Below are positions 45,860 through 55,429 of a stretch of DNA of 64,000 bases, piece after piece. Each line of letters opens with the position of its first letter. The first letter of the stretch is position 1. A program made the translations under genes and the position numbers. The stretch is from Candidatus Cloacimonadales bacterium (GTDB lineage Bacteria; Cloacimonadota; Cloacimonadia; Cloacimonadales; JAFGVF01). Below the pieces are notes generated by a model. That model made no database searches. It was not told where the DNA came from and saw only the letters and a program-made list of their open reading frames with translations. The stretch is from positions 896,001 through 960,000 of the forward strand of contig OY782781.1 of assembly GCA_963678315.1 (NCBI GenBank), read 5' to 3'.

Positions 45860-46790
45860 TGTATTGGGTTGTAAGCAATAGTCTTCGCCTGTTTCAGTCC
45901 TTGCTTGCAGTTGAGACGTTTTTCCAAACATCTCTACAGCATTCCCAGTTTTACACAAAAATTTTCTTCTATAGGTTTATTCAGCAAAGTCGGAACGCCA
46001 TCGTCCCTGATGGCCAAACCTACGAAAGTAGGTTGTATATGAGATTTAAATATATGTTTAGTATATATTTAAATACAAAAGCCGGCACGGAGGCCAGCGT
46101 TCCCAGTTTTAGATGTCTAGTAGCCAACTCCTCACTCCTAACTCCTTCCTTAAGGGTCTCATTGAAAAATCAACCTTTTTTCAAGGGGACCAGTAAGGAT
46201 GGCCTAATATATAAGAAAAGAACCCCTTTGGGACTAAATAACAAATAAGACATCAACCACGAATAACACAAATAATCACAAATCTAGACCCAAAACAATT
46301 AAACCTCTCAACAACTAAACATCTAAACATTTTTAATCTGTTTAATCTGCGTTATCTGTGTTCTATTTTATTTGAAAAGCCAGCTAGCAGCTGTGCGTTC
46401 CCAGTTATTATTCATTATGTCGTCCCTTCAGGACTCTATTCGTTTATATCATTGAACATGGGGTGCAAGACCCCATGCTAATACATGACGTCCTTTCAGG
46501 ACTAAAAACAAAATAAGATAACTATCCACGAATAGCAGAAATAAACGCGAATAAAAGAATACAAAATAACACTAAGCTACACAAATCCAGCCCCTCAACA
46601 ACTAAACTCCTCAACAACTCAACAACTAAACATCTAAACATTTTTAATCTGTTTAATCTGCGTTATCAGTGTTCTATTTTATTTGAAAGGCCAGCTAGCA
46701 GCTGTGCGTTCCCAGTTATTATTCATTATGTTGTCCATACAGGATTAATACCTTGTAAGGGTGTGTAAATCTGTATTTTAGTCGGTGATA
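45860..46790. repeat. Intergenic repeat mosaic (cluster D)
   Basis: 45871-46110 matches cluster A; a ~115-nt unit occurs twice, 311 nt apart (ending 46418 and 46729); GTCCCTTCAGGACT / GTCCTTTCAGGACT direct repeats flank a CATGGGG/CCCCATG hairpin. Confidence 0.88.
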
Positions 46791-46868
46791 AATGTATTTT
46801 GTAGAGTAACATTGAGATACAAATAGAAAGGATTTGACAAAAAAATACTTCAATCAAATATATTATTT

Positions 46869-47573
46869 ATGAAATTAGAGAAAACAAAGAATAAGCATGT
46901 CTTTTACTGTTTTGGTAACAAAGAAAGTAGTTTAGCAAAGATTAAAAGACAGGAAGAAAGTATTTTCATTGGAGAAAACCCAATAGCTTTATCAGATATG
47001 GTGATGGCAGAACAAACGCATTCAAAATTAGTGTATGCAGTTACAGCTTCCGACAAGGGTCATGGATTTACTTATATTGATGATAGCATTAATCAGGTTG
47101 ATGGCTTTGTTACTTCTGAGCAAGGTATTCTATTAGTTATTAAGACGGCTGACTGTAGTCCAATTCTTTGTTATGATAAGAGGAAAAATGTTATCGGGGC
47201 ACTTCATTCAGGTAGAGAAGGGACTAGAAAAGGGATAATAAAGGTTCTGATTGAAAAAATGGTAAAGCAGTATAATTGTGAATTAGCAGACTTATATGTT
47301 ATGCTAGGTCCTGCAATCTCAGGTAAGCATTACCAAGTTGATATAGAGACTTATAATGATTTTATTGAATCCACGCACATAGAGCAAGAATACAGGCATA
47401 TTGACATGAGAAAAGTCTTGATGTCTGATTTGAAAGATATGGGCTTAAAAAGAGACCAAATTGAGGATATAAGAGAATGCACTTACTCATCGCAAGAGTA
47501 CTTTTCTTATAGAAGAGATAAAACAGCCGAGAGACAGCTTTCAGTAATAGGAATATTTAAAAATGAAGATTAG
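46869..47573 (+). CDS. pgeF: YfiH/PgeF family protein (peptidoglycan editing / purine nucleoside phosphorylase, laccase-like)
   Basis: QTHS, DGFVT, TADCSPIL, HSGR, GPAIS, FSYRR. Confidence 0.9.
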   Translation: MKLEKTKNKHVFYCFGNKESSLAKIKRQEESIFIGENPIALSDMVMAEQTHSKLVYAVTASDKGHGFTYIDDSINQVDGFVTSEQGILLVIKTADCSPILCYDKRKNVIGALHSGREGTRKGIIKVLIEKMVKQYNCELADLYVMLGPAISGKHYQVDIETYNDFIESTHIEQEYRHIDMRKVLMSDLKDMGLKRDQIEDIRECTYSSQEYFSYRRDKTAERQLSVIGIFKNED

Positions 47574-48831
47574 CAATGAAAGAAATGATATTTGGATAGA
47601 TATAGCTGATGATAAGCTATTAGCTACCATGACTATCAAGCGAGAGCAAGGTGTTATTGCTCAAGAAGAAATCTTAGAACTCATTAAAACATCTGGTATT
47701 AAAAGAGGATTTATAAGTAGCATAGATGATTCTCACAAAAAAGAGATTGGGGTAGCCTTTCCTATTGCTCAGATAGATAATGAGATAAGTGAACCTAAGT
47801 TCGAGCTATATTTCAATGATGATGAAGTCTATTATAGTAAATTAGTATTAAGTGAAGCGAATGTTTGCAAGCTAGTCTATTTGCATAAAGGTTCTGCCTT
47901 AGGGAAATTAAATATATCTGAAGATAATTTAGTTTTAAAGAATGTTCTTGGTGAATATATCTATAATATAGAGGGCGATGATAGCATTGTCGAAAAATTC
48001 AAAGGGACAAATGTTTCTTTCAATTATGAAAGCAAAGAATACATAGCAGATGTTAATGGCTATCTTTATCAAGATAAAAATGGTAGATTTGGAATACTAA
48101 CTAAGATTATTCTTGAACAGAACATAACCGAGAAATATGGGAATATCTATTTACTAGGTGATTTAGTAATCAAGGGTAGTATTGAGAATGTTAAGCATAT
48201 TCGAGTGATTGGAGAGCTAATTGTTGAAGGGAATATCATAAATAGTAATGTCTATGCAGAAAAATCCATATTTGTTACTGGTGAGATAAGGTCATGTAAT
48301 AATGGTGGAGTTTCCTGTAATGGAGATATTTCTTGTCATGATATAAGTAAATCGAAAGTCTTTTCAGGTAAGAAACTTGAAGTTTTTGGAAAAGTAACTT
48401 ATTCAAAGCTAGTTGGAGAGGATAAAGTTCTTGTAGCTCCAGAAAATGAAGTTATAGCTTCTGATCTTTATAGTGCTAAACAAATAGTAGTTCATGATGT
48501 AAAAAATGAAGGTGGAACTATCTCCAATTTAGATATAACTGTTAGCCCTTACACTAAAGAACAATTGCTCTTGCTTACAAGGGAATTAGTCTATTTAACA
48601 GAGAATAAGCCTGGAAATGAGAAGATAGCTTTAGTTGAAGATGAGATTAAAGAACTTGAGAGAAGGCTATCACAGAAAGTAGAAGAGACTATAGAACTTG
48701 AATACAATGAGGGGGCTTCTTTAGAGACTACTGGACAAATCTATCCAAAAGTATCTATTAGAATACTCAAGCATTCTACGATAGTTCGTGATAATGATTT
48801 TAAAAATAAAAGAATAAATAAACTTAATTGA
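47563..48831 (+). CDS. FapA/DUF342-like protein
   Basis: DDKLLATM..GIKRG N-domain, GNIYLLGDLVIKGSI beta-helix, coiled coil, GQIYPKVSI. Confidence 0.65.
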   Translation: MKISNERNDIWIDIADDKLLATMTIKREQGVIAQEEILELIKTSGIKRGFISSIDDSHKKEIGVAFPIAQIDNEISEPKFELYFNDDEVYYSKLVLSEANVCKLVYLHKGSALGKLNISEDNLVLKNVLGEYIYNIEGDDSIVEKFKGTNVSFNYESKEYIADVNGYLYQDKNGRFGILTKIILEQNITEKYGNIYLLGDLVIKGSIENVKHIRVIGELIVEGNIINSNVYAEKSIFVTGEIRSCNNGGVSCNGDISCHDISKSKVFSGKKLEVFGKVTYSKLVGEDKVLVAPENEVIASDLYSAKQIVVHDVKNEGGTISNLDITVSPYTKEQLLLLTRELVYLTENKPGNEKIALVEDEIKELERRLSQKVEETIELEYNEGASLETTGQIYPKVSIRILKHSTIVRDNDFKNKRINKLN

Positions 48832-48838
48832 GGAAAAG

Positions 48839-51800
48839 ATGTTAAAGAAACTTCTATTAGTAATGATGCTTTGTGCATTAATGGCAACTATGTGGGCATT
48901 TGAACCACACTTTATGAAAGATCCAGATATTTCTCCGGATGGAAGTCAAGTGTGTTTTGTGTATAATGGTGATTTATGGACTGTTCCATTTGAAGGCGGT
49001 CAAGCGACAAGATTAACTGATACTTACTATAACGAATATGAACCAAAATATTCACCTGATGGTAAGAAGATAGTCTTTCTCGGAAATGGAGAAGGAGTTT
49101 CTCAGATATACTCAATTGATGTTCAAGGTGGTGTTCCAGAGAAAATCTCAACTTCTGGATATGGATTATATGACTGGTTTCCAGATGGAAAATCACTTCT
49201 TGGTGGTAAATATAATCCACGCTTAGGATTAAGTTTTTCTGAAATCCCACTAAATGAAAACAGACCTAAAGATATTACTTTAAAAGGTGATTCTTTTGCT
49301 ACTGTGTCAAATGATGGTAAAAGAATTGTTTATTGTGACAGAGGAGACCCATTTAGAGAAGCTTATAGAGGTTCTACTAATGGAGAACTTTGGGAATACA
49401 ATATTAAGAAGGACAAATATACAAAGCTTACTAATAGTGATGTAACTGAACGTTATCCTGTGTTCTCTAAACAACACGATAACCGATTATATTATGCTAA
49501 ATCAGATGGAGAAATTCTTCAGCTGTTTGTAACTGAAAACTATGATTTTACTAATGAACAAAAGTTAACTAGCTTTAAGACTTGGTCAGTTCGTGACCTT
49601 TCTATTGCTAGAGAAAATGATAGATTAGTATTTGAGAAGTTTGATGAAATCTGGGCTTATGATGGTCAAGAAGCTAAGAAAATTAACATCGATATTAACG
49701 AACTTATTGTTCCTGTAACAGTTGAAAGAGAAAATGTTAAAAATGGCTTCGAAGATATTGAGATAACTTCTAATGATAAAGTGCTTGTTTTTACTTATAT
49801 GTATGACTTATTCATGATGCCAAAAGATGGTGGTCCTGTAAAACAAATAACTTTTGACCATGTTCCTATCTCAAAGATTCAAACTTTAGAAGATGACGAT
49901 ACGATTGTAATTTTAAGAAGAGACAGAGGTTATGGCCAATTATATAAGATTAAGATTAGTGAGCCTCAAGAATTAATCAAGATTGCTTGGTCTGAAGATA
50001 GAGATATTAATGATTTCGAAAAAACTGGTGCAGGTAACTTCTTAATTCATTATACAGTTAATAACAAAGAAATTAAAGCTGCATTGACTGATAAAACATT
50101 CTCGAATTTCGATAGACTTACCTTCGCTGATAAAAGAATCTATTCTTATGTAGAAAGAATTGATTCTGACTATGTAGCAATTACAGAGATTGACTTTGTG
50201 AAAAGCATTTATTATTTAAGTTTATACAATTCTAGATCTGGTCAAATATTCCCAATCTATAACTCATATAAGGGTATCTATGGATTAGTTTGGGGTAAAG
50301 ATGATAGAACTTTATTCTTCACTGAATCTGGCAATGTTAAGAGAGTTGATTTACATGCAGTTGATAAATTAGCAAAATACCAAGATCCATGGGATAAAAT
50401 CCTTAAAGAAGAGGACAAACTTTCAGAAGAAGACTCAGAAGAAACTGAAGTTGTAGATTACCCTGAGTTAAATATCGACTTTACTGAAATAGACAAAAGA
50501 ATCTATACTGTGTTTGAGAAACCTGGTTTCTGTAGAGTACTTTCAGTTATAAATGATACTACTATGGTTATTGAAAAGAATGATTCAGGAACTGTTTTCT
50601 ATAAAACTAACTACTATGGAGAACATGAAGAAGAGATAACTAAAATAGAAGAAAAAACTTATTACACATATAATGATAAGAGTAAGAATTATTACTATAA
50701 TGATGAAAATATGATTCGCTTTGTTAACCTTGAAAGCAGTGCGACAGGTAAGATAGAGAATAGCTTCTTCTATGAATACGATAAATCTAAAATAAGAAGA
50801 CAGCTTTTTAAAGAGGTATGGGGAAGGTTTGGAACAGAGTTTTATGACCCTCAAATGCATGGTGTAGACTGGAATAAGCTTTATGATAAGTATTTACCTT
50901 ATGTAGACTACTGCAAAAGTAACAATGATATCGCTTCTATTGTTGAAGAAATGATCGGGGAAGTAAATGCTTCACATACAGGATTCTATCCAAAGTCTGA
51001 TAAGTATATTTACTCTTACATAAAAGCAACTATTGGAGCAAGCCTAGATTATTCTGAAAGATTATCAAAAGGTATTAAATTCAGAACAGTTTATGATAAT
51101 ACTTCTCTAAAGGATGTTTATAATGTTCAAGCAGGAGATTTACTTCTTGCGGTTGATGGAGTTAAAATAGATAAAGAAACTGATATCCCTATGTTGTTTG
51201 CTAATAAAGTATTTAAGAATATTAAATTAGAGATTAAACGTCAAGGTGAAGATAAACAAGAAATCTGGGTTAAAGGAATTACTGGCTATGAACTATATGA
51301 CCTTGAATATAGAGATTGGGTGAATAAGAGAAGCGAAATAGTTAAACGTAACTCTGATGATAGAATCGCTTACCTTCATATAAAAGGGATGAACCAAACT
51401 GCCTTGAAGAAATTCATGGAAGACTTCTGGAATGATAACCTCAATAAAGAAGGATTTATTATTGATGTGCGTGGTAACGGTGGTGGTAATATATCTGATG
51501 AACTTATTGATATTATTGAAAGAGATTACCGTTCTGTAACTTCTAGTAGATATTATGGCGACATGAAGATTAAGCGTGATAGAAAGACTTTTGACAAGCC
51601 TATTGTTGTGCTTATTGATGAAGATTCTTTCTCAGATGCTGAAGTATTCCCTCATTTAATGAAGCAAGAAGAACTCGCTACCCTTATTGGTATGCCAACT
51701 AGTGGTTCAGTTATCGGTACTTATAATATAGACCTTTTTGAAGGTTCTAGCATGAGAATACCATCTAGTGGTTGGTGGACTCTTGACGGTACTAACATGG

Positions 51801-51910
51801 AAGGAAATGGGGCTCAACCAGACATTAAAGTTGAGATGACTCCTGAAGATTATATCAATGATAATGATGTTCAATTAGAAACAGCTATTGATTTCTTATT
51901 GAATAGATAA
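48839..51910 (+). CDS. Tricorn-like S41 family peptidase (PD40 propellers, PDZ)
   Basis: ISPDG repeats, GEVNASHTG, IIDVRGNGGG, SFSDAE catalytic Ser region, EGNGAQPDI. Confidence 0.92.
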   Translation: MLKKLLLVMMLCALMATMWAFEPHFMKDPDISPDGSQVCFVYNGDLWTVPFEGGQATRLTDTYYNEYEPKYSPDGKKIVFLGNGEGVSQIYSIDVQGGVPEKISTSGYGLYDWFPDGKSLLGGKYNPRLGLSFSEIPLNENRPKDITLKGDSFATVSNDGKRIVYCDRGDPFREAYRGSTNGELWEYNIKKDKYTKLTNSDVTERYPVFSKQHDNRLYYAKSDGEILQLFVTENYDFTNEQKLTSFKTWSVRDLSIARENDRLVFEKFDEIWAYDGQEAKKINIDINELIVPVTVERENVKNGFEDIEITSNDKVLVFTYMYDLFMMPKDGGPVKQITFDHVPISKIQTLEDDDTIVILRRDRGYGQLYKIKISEPQELIKIAWSEDRDINDFEKTGAGNFLIHYTVNNKEIKAALTDKTFSNFDRLTFADKRIYSYVERIDSDYVAITEIDFVKSIYYLSLYNSRSGQIFPIYNSYKGIYGLVWGKDDRTLFFTESGNVKRVDLHAVDKLAKYQDPWDKILKEEDKLSEEDSEETEVVDYPELNIDFTEIDKRIYTVFEKPGFCRVLSVINDTTMVIEKNDSGTVFYKTNYYGEHEEEITKIEEKTYYTYNDKSKNYYYNDENMIRFVNLESSATGKIENSFFYEYDKSKIRRQLFKEVWGRFGTEFYDPQMHGVDWNKLYDKYLPYVDYCKSNNDIASIVEEMIGEVNASHTGFYPKSDKYIYSYIKATIGASLDYSERLSKGIKFRTVYDNTSLKDVYNVQAGDLLLAVDGVKIDKETDIPMLFANKVFKNIKLEIKRQGEDKQEIWVKGITGYELYDLEYRDWVNKRSEIVKRNSDDRIAYLHIKGMNQTALKKFMEDFWNDNLNKEGFIIDVRGNGGGNISDELIDIIERDYRSVTSSRYYGDMKIKRDRKTFDKPIVVLIDEDSFSDAEVFPHLMKQEELATLIGMPTSGSVIGTYNIDLFEGSSMRIPSSGWWTLDGTNMEGNGAQPDIKVEMTPEDYINDNDVQLETAIDFLLNR

Positions 51911-51932
51911 AACAGATAAGTTAAGAAAAGTC

Positions 51933-51960
51933 TTGACAGTTAGTTTTCTTACTATACTGT
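51933..51960 (+). promoter_or_regulatory. Sigma70-type promoter of the hflX leader
   Basis: TTGACA-16nt-TACTGT. Confidence 0.6.
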
Positions 51961-51996
51961 TGGTTTAATAATAAAATAAACAAAAGGAGATGCGGA

Positions 51997-52026
51997 ATGA
52001 TTAATGTATTATATCTTAATAATTAA
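51997..52026 (+). CDS. Putative hflX leader peptide MINVLYLNN
   Basis: AAGGAG SD 7 nt upstream of ATG; 9 codons; stop codon abuts the first attenuator segment. Confidence 0.65.
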   Translation: MINVLYLNN

Positions 52027-52028
52027 TT

Positions 52029-52157
52029 CTGCACTGACCCTTTAAATATAAACATTTAAGAGATGGGATCAGTGTGTAGTTAACATTGCTGATCCTATCG
52101 TTGCGTCTATTTTCCCGGATTGCAGTCCTTATAGGATTAGCAATCCGGTTCTTTTTT
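52029..52157 (+). promoter_or_regulatory. Transcription attenuator (alternative helices plus intrinsic terminator) upstream of hflX
   Basis: Mutually exclusive pairings 52030-40/52065-76, 52062-74/52087-99 and 52085-98/52131-44; terminator CCGGATTGC/GCAATCCGG plus TTCTTTTTT. Confidence 0.8.
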
Positions 52158-52188
52158 AGGGGAAAAATAAGAATAATAAGGAGTTCAA

Positions 52189-53517
52189 ATGAATTTAGTA
52201 GGAAATGAAAGCAGTGATAGTATTATTCTTGACCCAAACAAAGTAGTTTTGGTAGGTATCTGTCTTCCTGACGAAAATATTGGTGATAAGGAAAAATCAC
52301 TTGATGAACTAGAGCTTCTTGCCAAGACAGCAGGGCTCAAAAGTGTTGATAAAATGATACAAAAGAGAAGCAGAATAAATGGTGCAACTTATGTTGGAAG
52401 TGGCTTCTTAGAAGAGATTAACTATGTTGCTAAGATAAATGGAGCTAGCCAAGTTATCTTCGATAATGAGCTTTCTCCAACGCAAGGAAAGAATGTCTCT
52501 GACCTGTTAGAAGTTGATGTTATAGATAGAACAGAAGTTATATTAAATATATTCCATCATCATGCTCAAACTAATGAAGCTCGTTTGCAGGTTCAGTTAG
52601 CAGAACTGCAATATCAACTTCCAAGACTTAAGAAACTTTGGTCTCACTTCGAAGGCGAAAGAGTTGCTGCTGGGGGAGCTAAAGGTTCTGGAACTGCTTC
52701 TAGAGGTATGGGTGAAACTCAGCTTGAAGTAGATAAAAGACTCATTAGGGAAGAGATATATAAGGTGCAGAGAAAGTTAAGCAATATTCTCAAACAGAAA
52801 GAGACTCAAAGTAAGCGCAGAGCAGGTATGAAGCGTATCTGTCTTGTCGGCTACACTAATGCCGGCAAGTCAACCCTCTTTAATCAGATTACAGACGCTG
52901 GAGTTTTGGCTGAGGATAAGCTATTTGCTACTCTTGGTAATACTGTCAGAATGGTGAAGCTAAATAGAGGAAGAGAGATGGTAATATCAGATACAGTGGG
53001 ATTTATATCTCAATTACCTCACCATTTAGTTGCATCATTTAGAGCAACTTTGAAAGAGGTTACAGAAGCTGATTTATTGCTTCATGTTATCGATGTTTCA
53101 GATGAAAGGTATGATTTTTATATAGATGAAGTGAATAAGGTTCTTGAATCAATCGGAGCTTCAGATGTTAATGTTCAGCTTGTTTTCAACAAGATAGACA
53201 GGCTTGATAAACAGCAGCTATTATTCTTGGAATCACGATTCCCAGGAGCTGTTTTTATCTCAGCTAAGAAGAATATTAATATTGATCTTTTGAAAGATAA
53301 AGTTGATAGAAGTCTTCATTCTCACGCTACATACAGGTTATTTATTCCTTTTACTGAACAAAAATCTGCTTCTAAATTAGAGAAACTAGGTGAAGTTGTT
53401 AATAAGGATTACCAGAATCAAGGAACAGAGTTTGTGGCAATTCTCAATGATGAGGATGTTAGATTCTTCCAAAGGTTCTTACGATTCACAATTGATGACT
53501 TTTATCCAAATATATAG
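52189..53517 (+). CDS. hflX: Ribosome-splitting GTPase HflX (possibly HflXr-like)
   Basis: ELSPTQ, DRTEVILNIF, LQVQLAEL, GYTNAGKSTL, DTVGF, NKID, SAK. Confidence 0.96.
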   Translation: MNLVGNESSDSIILDPNKVVLVGICLPDENIGDKEKSLDELELLAKTAGLKSVDKMIQKRSRINGATYVGSGFLEEINYVAKINGASQVIFDNELSPTQGKNVSDLLEVDVIDRTEVILNIFHHHAQTNEARLQVQLAELQYQLPRLKKLWSHFEGERVAAGGAKGSGTASRGMGETQLEVDKRLIREEIYKVQRKLSNILKQKETQSKRRAGMKRICLVGYTNAGKSTLFNQITDAGVLAEDKLFATLGNTVRMVKLNRGREMVISDTVGFISQLPHHLVASFRATLKEVTEADLLLHVIDVSDERYDFYIDEVNKVLESIGASDVNVQLVFNKIDRLDKQQLLFLESRFPGAVFISAKKNINIDLLKDKVDRSLHSHATYRLFIPFTEQKSASKLEKLGEVVNKDYQNQGTEFVAILNDEDVRFFQRFLRFTIDDFYPNI

Positions 53518-53548
53518 TTTTTTATAACGTCGAAATCAATCTACATTT

Positions 53549-53588
53549 AACTTCTTATGACTAATGTTTCTTAGTTATAAGAAGTTTT
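53549..53588. terminator. Hairpin terminator between convergent hflX and hypothetical gene
   Basis: AACTTCTTATGACTAA/TTAGTTATAAGAAGTT inverted repeat followed by T-rich tract. Confidence 0.7.
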
Positions 53589-53736
53589 ATTTATTTATAG
53601 ATAGACTACTAATCATAAAATTCTTAGCTAGGAGATGATTCTGGTGACTTATATTTCCTTGCTCTGTTGTGTCTTGTACTTGTCTTGCTGTCATTCTACT
53701 ATTTTAATCAATTTCAATATCTTTTAGCTTGTTCTC

Positions 53737-54123
53737 CTACAAAGTTATAGGCTTTGACATTCTCTGTTTCATAGTGATAGTCTGCCAGTTAGATATAACT
53801 TGATCAAATGTAATAGTAGATAAATCAATGCCTGAATTTTGTTTTGAGAAGGCAAACATAAGCTTATAGAAAACTATATATAGACTTCGTAACTTTAACT
53901 TCTTATTTATTTTAGTTAAATCATATTTTTGATTTGGAGATAGTAAATTATACAATTTAGCAATGTTTTTGGCATATCCTCCCATCTTTTTGTTTTGCTC
54001 GGATGTTTTAGGCTTAACATACTTCCTAGCCAATAAATAGGGTAAGTTTTTTACTTGATACACCACTAAATCTTTGTCAGAATGATGTTTTGAATAATAC
54101 TTCATGTCTAAATATAGTTTCAT
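53737..54123 (-). CDS. Hypothetical small basic protein
   Basis: 128-aa ORF with AGGAG SD on the minus strand; no family confidently recognised. Confidence 0.6.
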   Translation of the reverse strand: MKLYLDMKYYSKHHSDKDLVVYQVKNLPYLLARKYVKPKTSEQNKKMGGYAKNIAKLYNLLSPNQKYDLTKINKKLKLRSLYIVFYKLMFAFSKQNSGIDLSTITFDQVISNWQTITMKQRMSKPITL

Positions 54124-54346
54124 TTTTTACTCCTATTCTCATAAATATTTTAGTTAATAAGACTAGCCTTCATAAATACTATGGGCACACTTTTGTTGAA
54201 AAAGGCACACTTACAGAAAAAAACTCACTGTTTTTTGAATGCAGTATGCTAGATTGCTAAGTTTTGGGAATTGAAAGACAGCAAAAACATGTAATTTTAG
54301 TGAATTTGTAGATATTTAATTCTCTACAAAAAGATTTTTAATATGC

Positions 54347-54405
54347 TCCTTGGTCACTTGCCACCCGCATTAAAAGGCAATTTAATGCAGGTGGCAAGCA
54401 AGGAT
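54347..54405. repeat. Solitary REP-like hairpin (CTTGCCACC...GGTGGCAAG family)
   Basis: Same stem family as 28337-28384 and 6833-6870. Confidence 0.65.
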
Positions 54406-54458
54406 AGCTAGAAAAACAATAAAAACAATTGACAAGCTGAATTATTAAATTAAAAATG

Positions 54459-54475
54459 ACTTTGTATTTCAAAGT
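54459..54475. promoter_or_regulatory. Palindromic operator ACTTTG-N5-CAAAGT
   Basis: Perfect inverted repeat downstream of TTGACA (54429) and upstream of an operon encoding a wHTH regulator. Confidence 0.6.
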
Positions 54476-54500
54476 ACTATTTATTTGATAAGGAGATATT

Positions 54501-55106
54501 ATGAATGATGCAAAAGAAAGTTTAGATTTTATAAAGTCATTGATTAATGATAACAGAAAGATGGCTTTATCAAGTGGTATGCCGTCGATTATCTGGGGAA
54601 TAGTTGTAATAACAGCTTTATTATTAACTTATTACGGTTCTGTTAAGGGGATTGGAAATGGTTGGTATTACATGGGAGTTTGGGGTGGAATCTGTTTTTT
54701 CGGCTGGCTAATAACTATTTTAGTGGAAAGCAAGAGAGAGAAGTTTCAGGTTTCAACATATTCTCAAAGAGTTCTGGGAATGATGTGGTTAGGTCATGGA
54801 ATAGTAATGATGCTTCTTTCTTTCGTAGGTACAGTATCTGGAACTATTCCACCTTGGGCTGTTGCACCAATGATGGGAACAATTCTTGGTTCTGCATATC
54901 TGTTAAATGGCTTCATGAACAAGTATAAATGGTTAATGTGGATTGGAATATTATGGTGGATTACTTCTGGTGTCCTATTTTTTCTTGTTCCAATGCAAGG
55001 AATTGGTGGAGCTAAAACTTTATTGTACTTTTGTGGAATGATGTTTTTCCTTCAGATTGTTCCTGGAATCAAGCTAGAAATGCTGTGGAGAAAGGAGAAT
55101 AAGTAG
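54501..55106 (+). CDS. Hypothetical multi-TM membrane protein
   Basis: About six hydrophobic segments; commonly seen architecture upstream of a small wHTH regulator. Confidence 0.7.
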   Translation: MNDAKESLDFIKSLINDNRKMALSSGMPSIIWGIVVITALLLTYYGSVKGIGNGWYYMGVWGGICFFGWLITILVESKREKFQVSTYSQRVLGMMWLGHGIVMMLLSFVGTVSGTIPPWAVAPMMGTILGSAYLLNGFMNKYKWLMWIGILWWITSGVLFFLVPMQGIGGAKTLLYFCGMMFFLQIVPGIKLEMLWRKENK

Positions 55107-55107
55107 T

Positions 55108-55419
55108 ATGTCTGATAATGTAGAGGCCAGTTTTGATTATAAAGAAATTGATGATATTATCCACGCTAGAATAAGATTGGCGATTATGACAATCCTGATT
55201 ACTAGGGGGAAAAGTGACTTTAAAAAGTTAAAGAGATTAACTAATACCACTGATGGAAATTTATCTACCCATCTCAGGAAGTTAGAGAATGCTGAATATA
55301 TCCTAGTTGAAAAATGCTTTATTGATAGGAAACCAGTAACTTCTTATGAAGTTAGTGAAAAAGGAAAAAAATCATACTTAGAATACTTAAAAAAGTTAGA
55401 AGACTTAGTTAAACTATAA
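55108..55419 (+). CDS. Winged-helix transcriptional regulator (ArsR/MarR-like, HTH_34 type)
   Basis: IHARIRLAIM..TDGNLSTHLRKLE..YI. Confidence 0.88.
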   Translation: MSDNVEASFDYKEIDDIIHARIRLAIMTILITRGKSDFKKLKRLTNTTDGNLSTHLRKLENAEYILVEKCFIDRKPVTSYEVSEKGKKSYLEYLKKLEDLVKL

Positions 55420-55429
55420 GGAGTAAAAG

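Noticed and set aside
45850..46248. 132-aa ORF
   Set aside because: Starts inside a terminator T-run and runs through non-coding repeat modules; the sister copy at 6465-6702 has indels and no equivalent ORF
51990..52004. Alternative uORF MRND
   Set aside because: ATG directly abuts the SD (no spacing); the ATG at 51997 has proper spacing, though this one cannot be fully excluded
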